Below the pieces are notes generated by a model, which was given only the letters and a program-made list of their open reading frames with translations, made no database searches and was not told where the DNA came from. Of a stretch of DNA of 64,000 nt, positions 19,901-28,356 are shown piece by piece. Position numbers and translations under genes: made by a program. Source of the stretch: Minisyncoccota bacterium (GTDB lineage Bacteria; Patescibacteriota; Minisyncoccia; Phycocordibacterales; UBA1006); contig JALEGN010000007.1 of NCBI GenBank assembly GCA_022763365.1, positions 24,665 to 88,664 on the forward strand, read 5' to 3'. Numbering within the stretch: the first letter of the stretch is position 1; each line of letters opens with the position of its first letter.

Positions 19901-19968
19901 TTATTCTCTTCCCAGTATTGTTGCCATTTTTTCTCGATTTCTTGTGGATTGTATTCGTTTTGATTCAT
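16927..19968 (-). CDS. leuS: Leucine--tRNA ligase with inserted NUDIX domain
   Basis: YPSGNLHVGH, FTTRADTLFG, GTGAVMAVPAHDERD, DWGISRQRYWG, KMSKS. Confidence 0.97.
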   Translation of the reverse strand: MNQNEYNPQEIEKKWQQYWEENNTYKVENKVEGKENFYALSEFAYPSGNLHVGHWYAFAVPDIYARYKRMSGYNVLYPMGFDSFGLPAENAAIKRGLDPRKWTYENMDYMRNQLRSMGASFDWSRTLATSDPEYYKWTQWMFIKFYKNDLVYKDITKVNWDPVDKTILANEQVINGRSERSGAEVVQKDMAQWMLKITDFADELHDDLENLDWDHSIKAAQREWIGRKEGSLIPFKIQESEVYDVNTGPGDDAFREGEEIVDRDNVVVIIEHPEKDEFLCARWKQVDWQGFVTGGIEDGMSIEETALSEVREETGYQNPEIIKVYDQSSHGLFWHVVKQQNRRANYRIVHVKLKDLEQVARSPEEQAIADFLWIPRLEVNDFLKREDMRYPWRVVSANIQKFDDVKVFTTRADTLFGATYLVLAPEHDMVQNLKSQVNNWDEVETYLKEVEKKSDLDRQQSKEKTGVELKGIEAINPATGKPITVWIADYVLAHFGTGAVMAVPAHDERDAEFAIKYDLPFKFVCLPSAGEPGVSRPLITSGENAFIQSAGVTEKKGSQEEINAEWNAMYDFLAEVHDQGGVLPEGKRFCCTFEGKVINGNEEVNTKNSEEARRIITEMVGGEMAKTYRLRDWGISRQRYWGCPIPIVYDPEGNAHSIPKEHLPWVLPDDVDFTPDGTAPLARSKELKERTEKIFGVGWTPEVDTMDTFVDSSWYFYRYLDNQNDEQFASSESLNSWMPVNMYFGGAEHTTMHLLYSRFWVKALHKLGYVPDNEPYKGRLNRGLILGPDGAKMSKSKGNVIDPDEVVAHVGADTVRMYLAFIGPFNEPGNYPWDPNGVVGVRRFLDRVWRLQEKISDITPEELQSDLHQTIKKVGEDIQRLKLNTAISSMMTFVNKAEKSESISRSDYDLLIQILAPFAPHMCEDLWMQNNKSSIHTESFPIADESKISSNLKALPVQINGKVRAQIVVQEDEDNELLQGRVIALPEIQKWIEGKSIRKFIHVPGKIINLVVG

Positions 19969-20074
19969 AGAATCTATGGTACCTTAATGGTGCTTTTTTT
20001 CAAAAAGTTTGTTGAATAATTTGACAAATTGTATTTTATTTCAATAATTAATATTGATAATATACAACTAAATT

Positions 20075-20356
20075 ATGTTTGAAGAAAAAGAACTTAAAAA
20101 GAGAAATGATAAAATTTTATCAGAGATTCAAAGGCTCTTTCCAGAGGACACAAATATCCTCAATGTTGCTGAATCGAATCCAGGAAAGTATCAAGTAGGT
20201 AAATTTTTAAGATACCATAGAGCAAAAGGTGTCGATAATGATATTGTTTTAGAATCCAATAATCTAGATAAAGTCAAAGAACACGCTCAAAGAAACAAAG
20301 ATATAAATGAAGTATGGTCACTTTGGTATCATACTCATGAATATGATAAGCCTTAA
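20075..20356 (+). CDS. Hypothetical protein
   Basis: ORF with upstream TTGACA and downstream hairpin. Confidence 0.55.
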   Translation: MFEEKELKKRNDKILSEIQRLFPEDTNILNVAESNPGKYQVGKFLRYHRAKGVDNDIVLESNNLDKVKEHAQRNKDINEVWSLWYHTHEYDKP

Positions 20357-20401
20357 AGTAATGAGGTTTTTTTTATTATCTAAAACAAGTAAGGTAAAGT
20401 C

Positions 20402-21766
20402 ATGAATTCACACATTGTGAAAATTGAATCACTTGCCCCTAGTGGTCACGGAATTGCTGAAAATGGTTGGTATATCCTCGGTGCTTTTCCTGAGGATACT
20501 GTAAGAGCTAAGAGATACAAAGAAGCTGAAGAAATTATCTATGCAGAATTGATTGAAATTATTGAGCCATCACCTAATCGAACTTACTCTCCTACCAAAT
20601 CGCCATTTTTTGACCCCAATGCCCCATGGCAATATTTAGATATTGACGCTGAAGATAGATTTAAAAAAAATATAATTCGAAATATTTTTAAGAAATATAA
20701 TATCAATATTAATTCAGAGATTGCTTCGCAAACTCGCAATGACAATAGTCTACTTACAGAGGGTTACCGTAATAAGGCAGCCTATGCTTTTACTTATGAT
20801 AGTGACAATAAGTTATCATTCGCATTATTTACCAGAGGTATTTCACAGCCTGGTAAAATTTCACAGTCTGAAAATATCCTTGTTCACCCAGTCATTAATA
20901 AAATTGGGAAACAATTTCTAGAATTTTTTAATCAAAAAAAGGTTCCTTTGGAAACACTTAAATACCTAACCTTACGTTATTCGTATTATACGAATACTGT
21001 TGTTGCGCAAATTCTTGTAACCGAAAGTAGTCGCAAGAAACTACCTTGGAAAAAATCAGATCTTAAAACATTTATACATCAACATTCTGAAATTCAAGGA
21101 ATAATCGTTTCTCAATCAGAGCCACAGGTGCGTAGCGCAAACATTATCAAAGATTTTTATACTCTTGGAGATATTGAAATAACCGAAGAAATCCTTGGTA
21201 AAAAATATACCTATCACCCATCACAATTTTTTCAAATTTATCCTGATGCATTTGCGCAAATTCTCACTGATTGTGAAAATCTTATTACAAGTATCCCGAA
21301 TCATCATCAATATGAATTACTCGATTTCTTTGCAGGAATTGGGATTATTGGATTGCATATATCTGATTTGGTACAAAGTATTCATGGTGTTGAACAAAGT
21401 GCTCTCGCAAGCAAATACGCACTGATAAATGCACAACAGAACAATATAGAGATCTCCGATCAAGCCGGAGACGCGAGCGACTTTCAATTCACTGAGGCAA
21501 ACGTTGATGAGGCTTTAGAATATATTAAGTCTGATCAAATTCTTATTGTAGATCCAGCTCGAAGTGGATTAACCAAAAAATCACTCGAGAAAATAGTACA
21601 AGTTCAACCAGAATATATTATCTACATCTCATGTAATCCAGAAACTCAGGCTCGAGATTACAAGGTATTACATGATGTTTACGATATTAAATGGTCACGA
21701 GCTTATAACTTATTCCCAAAAACACCACATATTGAGCATGTATTATTTCTCAAAAGAAAAAACTAG
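20402..21766 (+). CDS. RNA (uracil-C5)-methyltransferase, RlmD/TrmA family
   Basis: TRAM-like N-terminus, YRNK, FFQ, LDFFAGIG, VDPARSG, YISCNPETQARD, FPKTPHIE. Confidence 0.9.
   Translation: MNSHIVKIESLAPSGHGIAENGWYILGAFPEDTVRAKRYKEAEEIIYAELIEIIEPSPNRTYSPTKSPFFDPNAPWQYLDIDAEDRFKKNIIRNIFKKYNININSEIASQTRNDNSLLTEGYRNKAAYAFTYDSDNKLSFALFTRGISQPGKISQSENILVHPVINKIGKQFLEFFNQKKVPLETLKYLTLRYSYYTNTVVAQILVTESSRKKLPWKKSDLKTFIHQHSEIQGIIVSQSEPQVRSANIIKDFYTLGDIEITEEILGKKYTYHPSQFFQIYPDAFAQILTDCENLITSIPNHHQYELLDFFAGIGIIGLHISDLVQSIHGVEQSALASKYALINAQQNNIEISDQAGDASDFQFTEANVDEALEYIKSDQILIVDPARSGLTKKSLEKIVQVQPEYIIYISCNPETQARDYKVLHDVYDIKWSRAYNLFPKTPHIEHVLFLKRKN
21449..21473. repeat. REP-like palindrome (GATCTCCG-ATCAAGC-CGGAGA) inside the methyltransferase CDS
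   Basis: GC-rich 6-bp hairpin TCTCCG/CGGAGA in an AT-rich gene, coinciding with extra residues ISDQAGDAS. Confidence 0.5.
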
Positions 21767-22551
21767 CTTTCTGCTAGTTTTTTTATGAGCCAAGTATCAA
21801 TAATATTTTTTAATTCCTCTAATTGTTCAGGTTCACGAGGTGTATGACTAGAATCAGATAACATTTTAATTTCTTTGTCTTGCGATAGAGCATCATAAAA
21901 AATTTTAATGTGTTCATGCTGGCATGAATGATCAAATTCACATGTAATAAGAAGCATAGGTGGATTAATATTATTTTCTTTAAGAAGAGAATGATTTAAC
22001 ATTTCAGTCATTACCTGCCAAGGTTCTTTTCTTATCCTTCCTGGTACAGATTTTGATTCTCTAATTTGAATACCATCTTTTTCCCATTTGCTAAAAAGAT
22101 CAGGATAAAACTTTCTTTTAGTAGCGTATGATAATTCGCCTGAAACAACTGGAGCAAATGGAATAGCAAAATTAACCTTCTCTAGATTACGAAGTGCATA
22201 TCGAGCAGACGCAAAACCACCCATAGAATGACCTGAAACGAGTAATTTTCCAGTAAACCATTCTTGTTCCTGAACCCAATTAGCCACATCTTCAAAGTCA
22301 TCTGTGTGCAAACCAAGACGTGCGTCTTCATATTTACCTTCTGACTCACCAAAAGAATGAGGAGCATCAAAATTAAATACCTGAAATTGATTTTGCAGCA
22401 AAGCATCTTGTATCACTTGGATATGAGGATTTTCTTTAGCGCCACCATATCCATGCTGAAGCACTGCTGTTCCAATAATGTTATCTTCAGGTTTTAGTAA
22501 TATTCCAATGATATTTTGATCTCTTCTATTTTGTAATGTTAGTTTTTGCAT
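21763..22551 (-). CDS. Alpha/beta hydrolase
   Basis: QHGYGG, FGESEG, GHSMGG, C-terminal His. Confidence 0.88.
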   Translation of the reverse strand: MQKLTLQNRRDQNIIGILLKPEDNIIGTAVLQHGYGGAKENPHIQVIQDALLQNQFQVFNFDAPHSFGESEGKYEDARLGLHTDDFEDVANWVQEQEWFTGKLLVSGHSMGGFASARYALRNLEKVNFAIPFAPVVSGELSYATKRKFYPDLFSKWEKDGIQIRESKSVPGRIRKEPWQVMTEMLNHSLLKENNINPPMLLITCEFDHSCQHEHIKIFYDALSQDKEIKMLSDSSHTPREPEQLEELKNIIDTWLIKKLAES

Positions 22552-22580
22552 ACTTCCACTATATCAAAATTAAAATTCTT

Positions 22581-22677
22581 AAACGAAATGAAATTCAAGG
22601 AAGTGAGCGAAAATTTTATAAGTCGTAGTTATCTACGGTGAATATAATTTTCTCTAAGCCGACACAGAAGTTCGTTC
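22581..22677. repeat. Long imperfect palindrome in intergenic region
   Basis: Nested pairings AACGAA/TTCGTT, GAAAATT..TATA/TATAATTTTC, CGTAG-TTAT-CTACG. Confidence 0.55.
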
Positions 22678-22680
22678 TCT

Positions 22681-24345
22681 TTAAGATTTTAACCCTGCTT
22701 TTAAAAAAGCTGTGAAGATAGGATGAGGATCAAGAGGTCTCGCCTGTAATTCAGGATGAAATTGAACAGCAATGAAAAACGGATGAATCTTTTGATTTAA
22801 TTCTATAATCTCTGGTAACAATCCATCAGGTGACGTTCCAGAAATAATAAAGCCTTTCTTTTCAAACCTTTCTTTGTGTTCATTGATTGTTAATTCATAG
22901 CGATGCCTATGTCGTTCACTAATAACATCAGTTTTGTAAATTTTTCGAGCTAAAGTTCCTCTTTTAAGATGAGCCTTATACGAACCTAATCGCATTGAAC
23001 CCCCATAATCTCCCTTCTTCATTTTTTCTTTTTGTTCAGGAAGAATATCTACAATTGGATAGAAGGTTTTTGGATAGACCTCGGTACTATGTGCATCATT
23101 TAGTTTCAGTACGTTTCGAGCAAACTCAACAGATGCCATTTGCATACCTAAACAAATACCAAAAAACGGAATCTTATTTTTACGTACATACTCAATAACG
23201 TTAATCTTTCCCTCGATACCTGAATTACCAAAACCACCAGGGACGAGTACACCATCATATTTTTTTAATTGTTTTAGATTTTTGTTTTTATCAGAACCTT
23301 CAAAATCTTGAGCTTGGAGCCAATCAATTTTAATTTTTATCTTTAATTGTGCTGCTGAAAATTTTAGAGCTTCAATGACTGATACATAAGCATCAGATAA
23401 TACAAAATCTCCTGTTCCAAAATATTTCCCAACCACAGCAATAGACACTTCATTACTAGATTCTTTTGTATTTTTAACAAAAGTATTCCATGCTTTTTTA
23501 TCAAAATCACCTTTTTTATTTGTTTTCTTTCGTAATTTTAGTTTTTTAAGAAGCTTAATATCTAATTCTTCTTTCAAAAAATATTCTGGTAAATCATAGA
23601 TACTATCTAGATTTGGAGCAGAAATAATATCAGAATCTTCAAGCATCGATGAAGTTGCAATTTTTGACTTACGACGATCATCCATACTTCCAGGACTCCG
23701 TCCAACAATAATATCAGGAAATACCCCAGATTCTTGCAATGTCCGTACTGCCTGTTGAGTAGGTTTTGTCTTCATTTCTCCAAGCGTATTTGGAACAGGT
23801 AAGTACGAAACTAACACAAAAGCAACATCTTCTGAATTTTTGCGTTTCATCATTCGTGCGGCCTCGAGGAATAAAATATTTTCATATTCTCCAACAGTTC
23901 CACCAATTTCAACAATGGTAATATCAGCTTCTTCTTTTTTGGCTGCTTTTTTAATTTGTTCAATCACCGCAAGTGGGACATGAGGAACAACTGATACTGT
24001 TTTACCTTTATATCCGAGTGAGCGTTCTTTATGGATAACTTTTTGATAAATAGAACCTGTCGTCATATAAGATTCACGACATAATGAGGTATTTAAAAAA
24101 CGCTCATAATTTCCCATATCTTGATCAGTTTCGTAGCCATCTTCTAAAACGAAAGTCTCGCCATGTTCAGTCGGATTCATAGTTCCAGCATCGACATTAA
24201 CATACGGATCAATTTTTACTGCTGACACCTTATACCCTGTAAATTGAAGCATTTTTCCTATTGATGAGGCTGTAACACCCTTACCTACACCTGACATCAC
24301 ACCACCTACAACAAATATAAATTTTTGATTTTTTAGTTTTTTCAT
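22681..24345 (-). CDS. pyrG: CTP synthase
   Basis: GGVMSGVGKG, KIDPYVNVDAGTMNP, KTKPTQ, GICLGMQ, QFHPE. Confidence 0.98.
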   Translation of the reverse strand: MKKLKNQKFIFVVGGVMSGVGKGVTASSIGKMLQFTGYKVSAVKIDPYVNVDAGTMNPTEHGETFVLEDGYETDQDMGNYERFLNTSLCRESYMTTGSIYQKVIHKERSLGYKGKTVSVVPHVPLAVIEQIKKAAKKEEADITIVEIGGTVGEYENILFLEAARMMKRKNSEDVAFVLVSYLPVPNTLGEMKTKPTQQAVRTLQESGVFPDIIVGRSPGSMDDRRKSKIATSSMLEDSDIISAPNLDSIYDLPEYFLKEELDIKLLKKLKLRKKTNKKGDFDKKAWNTFVKNTKESSNEVSIAVVGKYFGTGDFVLSDAYVSVIEALKFSAAQLKIKIKIDWLQAQDFEGSDKNKNLKQLKKYDGVLVPGGFGNSGIEGKINVIEYVRKNKIPFFGICLGMQMASVEFARNVLKLNDAHSTEVYPKTFYPIVDILPEQKEKMKKGDYGGSMRLGSYKAHLKRGTLARKIYKTDVISERHRHRYELTINEHKERFEKKGFIISGTSPDGLLPEIIELNQKIHPFFIAVQFHPELQARPLDPHPIFTAFLKAGLKS

Positions 24346-24448
24346 AATTCTTTAAAAGAAAAAACCGAGGTCATTAAAAACCTCGGTTTATATATCTACT
24401 GATGAAATTATCAGTTTTTTCTTCATAAAATAATTATATCAGAAAAAT

Positions 24449-25198
24449 TTATTTTTTTATATGATTACTAATATCCTTCACCGCCTCAAGAACCTCAATT
24501 GGTAACATCCAAATAGTAGTGTTTGATTGATCAGATGATAAGTCATTCACTGCCTGTAGAGTCCGCAAGTGCATCGCTCCTGGGGTTGAATTTAACGTAT
24601 GCGCTGCCTCAGCTAGATTCAGCGCCGCTTCTTTGTCTCCTTGGGCCTTAATAATAACGGCTCGTTTTTCACGTTCAGCCTCAGCTTCTTTGGAGATGGT
24701 ACGTTTTAAATCATCAGGAATGATTACATCTTTTAATTCAAGCATTTCAACATCAATTCCCCATGGATCTGTTTTATAATCAAGTTCAAGTTTAATTTTC
24801 TCAGCAATCTCGTTTCGATTTTGTAATAACTCATCAAGCGTTCGTTCTCCCACCGCATTTCGCATTGTCGTTTGAGCCAATTGTGATACCGCATAACGGA
24901 AATCTTCAACTTCAATAATTGATTTTGCTGCATCAGTGATTTTGTAATACACCACCGCATTAATATACACTGGAATATTATCACGGGTGATTACTTCTTG
25001 GTTTGGAACATCAACCGTTTTTGTTCGAATATCAACCTTATAGAGTTTCTGAACTACAGGAATGATCGGTCGCCATCCTGGCATCCGTGTACCTGAGAAT
25101 TTACCGAGCGTAAAGACAACTCCTCGCTGATACTGATTAATTTGTTTAATAATAGAAAAGAACAGAATAACTCCAATTCCTAGAATATATCCAATCAT
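24449..25198 (-). CDS. SPFH/stomatin (slipin) family protein
   Basis: QEVITRDN, AQTTMR, EAEAEREKRA, HLRTLQ. Confidence 0.92.
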   Translation of the reverse strand: MIGYILGIGVILFFSIIKQINQYQRGVVFTLGKFSGTRMPGWRPIIPVVQKLYKVDIRTKTVDVPNQEVITRDNIPVYINAVVYYKITDAAKSIIEVEDFRYAVSQLAQTTMRNAVGERTLDELLQNRNEIAEKIKLELDYKTDPWGIDVEMLELKDVIIPDDLKRTISKEAEAEREKRAVIIKAQGDKEAALNLAEAAHTLNSTPGAMHLRTLQAVNDLSSDQSNTTIWMLPIEVLEAVKDISNHIKK

Positions 25199-25273
25199 AA
25201 ATGTTATTGATTAATGGTTAATACACTTAGTATACCAATTTTTATAGATTTTTTTCTCAGGTATACTAGTACT

Positions 25274-26731
25274 ATGAAAAAGCCTGATATCAAAGAAATT
25301 TATAATGCCATGCGAGAGGCTCCAAAGAAAAAAGAAAGGGAGCTTATTGAAAAAGCTTATTCAGTAGCGTTTGAGGCTCACAAACCTCAAAAACGATCTA
25401 GTGGTGAGCCTTATTTCAACCACGTTTTTGCTACGGCAAAAAATTTAGCTGAATATGGACTTGACGCAACAACAATTGCAGCAGGATTTCTTCATGACAC
25501 CATCGAAGATACACCTGTTACCGAAAAAGAAATTCAAGAACAATTTGGTGATGAAATTGTTTTTTTGGTAAACGGTGTAACCAAACTTGGAACCTTAAAA
25601 TACCAAGGACGAAAACGACACGTAGAATCATTACGTAAATTCTTCATTGCAACAGCTGAAGATTATCGTGTTGTTATTATTAAATTAGCTGACCGATTAC
25701 ATAATGTTCAAACACTTGAACACGTAAAACCAGAGAAACAAAAACGAATTGCTTTGGAGACAATTGAAATTTATGCTCCACTGGCCTATCGCCTAGGAAT
25801 GGGACGAATGGTTGGAAAATTGCAAGATGCCGCCTTCCCTTTTGCTTACCCAGAAGAATCAAAAATGGTTGATGAACTCATGCGTCAAAAGAAAAAATTA
25901 AATGAAAAATATCTTGAAAAAGTTTGGCGCACCTTAAAAGCTGAGATGGCAGAACATAAAATCAATGATATTACGACACACCAACGCGTGAAGGGTCGCT
26001 ATAGTCTTTGGAAAAAACTTCAACGGAAAAATATGGATATCGAACAAATGTACGATATTGTTGCCTTGCGTGTTATTGTTCCAAATATTGATGATTGTTA
26101 TCGGGTTTTAGGAATCATTCATTCAAAATGGCGTCCATTACCAGGTCGGATCAAAGACTATATTGCTTTACCAAAAGTTAATGGTTATCAATCACTTCAT
26201 ACCACTATCTTTACTGGTGATGGTGGTATTGCTGAAATTCAAATCAGGACGCAGGCAATGCATGATTTTGCGGAATATGGATTTGCAGCGCATCATATTT
26301 ATAAAGCGCAAAGCACCGATGCGAATGTATCTGAGCGTTATTCACTACATTGGCTTGAACAACTCAAAGAATTACAAAATCTTGAAGAGCAAAAAGATTT
26401 CTTAAAAGATTTCAAAACTGACCTATTTGAAGATCGTATTTTTGTTTTTACTCCTGAAGGTGATGTATTAGATTTACCCAAAGACGCATCAGCTATAGAT
26501 TTTGCCTATACTGTTCATAGTGAAATCGGTAACCAAGCCCAAGCTGCTATTATCAATGGTAAAAACTCAGCTCTTAAAACTATTTTAAAAAGTGGTGACA
26601 TCGTTGAAATTCAAACGAATAAAAAAGGTGTCCCTTCTGCAAAATGGTTAAAATTTGCGAAAACCTCAATTGCTCGAAAACATATTGAAAAACATGCTGA
26701 GGACGGTATCATTGCACGAATATTTAAATAA
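25274..26731 (+). CDS. RelA/SpoT homologue (HD + synthetase + TGS; no ACT domain)
   Basis: RSSGEPYFNH, LHDTIEDT, KLADRLHN, NGYQSLHT, EIQIRT, AIDFAYTVH. Confidence 0.93.
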   Translation: MKKPDIKEIYNAMREAPKKKERELIEKAYSVAFEAHKPQKRSSGEPYFNHVFATAKNLAEYGLDATTIAAGFLHDTIEDTPVTEKEIQEQFGDEIVFLVNGVTKLGTLKYQGRKRHVESLRKFFIATAEDYRVVIIKLADRLHNVQTLEHVKPEKQKRIALETIEIYAPLAYRLGMGRMVGKLQDAAFPFAYPEESKMVDELMRQKKKLNEKYLEKVWRTLKAEMAEHKINDITTHQRVKGRYSLWKKLQRKNMDIEQMYDIVALRVIVPNIDDCYRVLGIIHSKWRPLPGRIKDYIALPKVNGYQSLHTTIFTGDGGIAEIQIRTQAMHDFAEYGFAAHHIYKAQSTDANVSERYSLHWLEQLKELQNLEEQKDFLKDFKTDLFEDRIFVFTPEGDVLDLPKDASAIDFAYTVHSEIGNQAQAAIINGKNSALKTILKSGDIVEIQTNKKGVPSAKWLKFAKTSIARKHIEKHAEDGIIARIFK

Positions 26732-26757
26732 AAAACACCAAAATGGTGTTTTTTATG

Positions 26758-28257
26758 TTACCCAAATATTTTCCCAAAAAATCCCTTTTTCTTAGGCGCT
26801 GGTTGCGCTTGGTAATATTGTTGATTCTGATAGGTATATTGCCCTCCTGAACTATTTTGCTGCGTGTAATCAGTATTCTGAGGTTCAGGTTGTGCCATGC
26901 CAATAGTCTGCGTTTGGTTGTACCTTACAGATTCTTGATCTTGAGGAGTATAATTTTGATCCTGCCCATAAGCCATATTCGATTCGTAGCTATTCTCTAC
27001 TTTTTGTTGTTGAGTATTATTTGCAGAATATATAGCCTGTTCATTAACTTCATGGTTTACCGAAAACCTTTGAGTTTCTAGTGATTGAGGCTTTCTATCA
27101 TTCAAAGTTTCAGGAATTGAAAAAGCATCTTCTTGTTCAGATTCTAGCTCTGAATGTTGATTTATTTTTTCTAAGGGAGCTTCTATCTCCTCGTGATACT
27201 CTTGAATATCAGTATTTGGTATTTTGTGATATTCAGGAAGTGATTGATGATATTCTTGGACTTCTTTTTGAATATTTTCTTCAGTTTTCGATTCTAAACT
27301 GTGAAAATTAACTCCTGTTGATTGAGATAATTCTTCTTGTTCTTTTTTTGTAGAAATAGTTGGTTGAGATTCAGCGACCTGTAATGGTTTTTTATTCTCT
27401 AAATAACGCTCCATCATGTTTTGCTCATGCTCAACTTTTTTCATAGAACTAAGAATTTCTTCAAGATCTTTGATAGTAAAGTAATCAATAGTAATTTGAC
27501 CACCGTTTTCCTTTGGTTCGATATGGACGCGTGTTCCAAGATTTTCAGAAAGTTTTTTCTCGAAATCTCTGATTCGTGGATCAATTTTAAATTCTTTTTT
27601 ACGAACCTTATCTTGGGCAATATTTCGAGCCACCTTTTCGGCATCACGAACAGACATTTTCTTGACCATGATTTCTTTGTATAAGGTAGTTTGTTCTTCT
27701 GGTCTATCTGAGAGCATCAACAGTGGTCTCGTGTGACCCTCTGTAATCCGACCAGCCATCAAACCTTGTTTAATTTCTTCAGGTAGTGAAAGAAGTCTTA
27801 GTGTGTTTGAAACATATACACGACTCTTTCCCATACGTTTTCCGATTTCAACATGAGTTAAATTGAACTCTTTGTAGAGCTGTTCAAAAGCAAGAGCTCG
27901 ATCAATAGGATTAAGGTCTTCCCGTTGCAGGTTTTCAATAATTGCTAACTCAAGTTTTACCTTATCATCAGTTTCTTTTCTAATGATCACTGGAACCTGA
28001 GCAAGCCCAGCAATTTTAGATGCGCGCAAGCGTCGTTCCCCAGCAATCAATTCATAATGAACATCCATTCCATGATTATCAGGACGTAGTGTTTCTTTAC
28101 GAGTTACCACGAGTGGTTGCAGTACTCCATATTGCCTGATTGAATCAGCTAAATCCTCTAAAGCTTTAGGTTCAAATTCTTTTCGCGGCTGAAAAGGATT
28201 TGGTTTAATCTTCATTGTTTCGACCCAAAAAATAGAATTGTTCTGGTATTCTGACAT
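26758..28257 (-). CDS. parB: ParB/Spo0J partition protein with long low-complexity C-terminal extension
   Basis: PNPFQPRK, GVLQP, IAGERRLRA, ENLQREDLNP, HTH with SRVYVSNTLRLL. Confidence 0.93.
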   Translation of the reverse strand: MSEYQNNSIFWVETMKIKPNPFQPRKEFEPKALEDLADSIRQYGVLQPLVVTRKETLRPDNHGMDVHYELIAGERRLRASKIAGLAQVPVIIRKETDDKVKLELAIIENLQREDLNPIDRALAFEQLYKEFNLTHVEIGKRMGKSRVYVSNTLRLLSLPEEIKQGLMAGRITEGHTRPLLMLSDRPEEQTTLYKEIMVKKMSVRDAEKVARNIAQDKVRKKEFKIDPRIRDFEKKLSENLGTRVHIEPKENGGQITIDYFTIKDLEEILSSMKKVEHEQNMMERYLENKKPLQVAESQPTISTKKEQEELSQSTGVNFHSLESKTEENIQKEVQEYHQSLPEYHKIPNTDIQEYHEEIEAPLEKINQHSELESEQEDAFSIPETLNDRKPQSLETQRFSVNHEVNEQAIYSANNTQQQKVENSYESNMAYGQDQNYTPQDQESVRYNQTQTIGMAQPEPQNTDYTQQNSSGGQYTYQNQQYYQAQPAPKKKGFFGKIFG

Positions 28258-28297
28258 AATTATTTCAATTATATCACAGTCATTTTTCTTCTAAAAC

Positions 28298-28326
28298 TTG
28301 CAGGAAAAAACCCTTTTTAGTACTAT
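28298..28326 (+). promoter_or_regulatory. Sigma70-type promoter for the nested tRNA locus
   Basis: TTGCAG-17 nt-TACTAT, about 30 nt upstream of the outer acceptor stem. Confidence 0.65.
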
Positions 28327-28356
28327 CAAGTGGTTGATAGAAATCAATTAATATTT

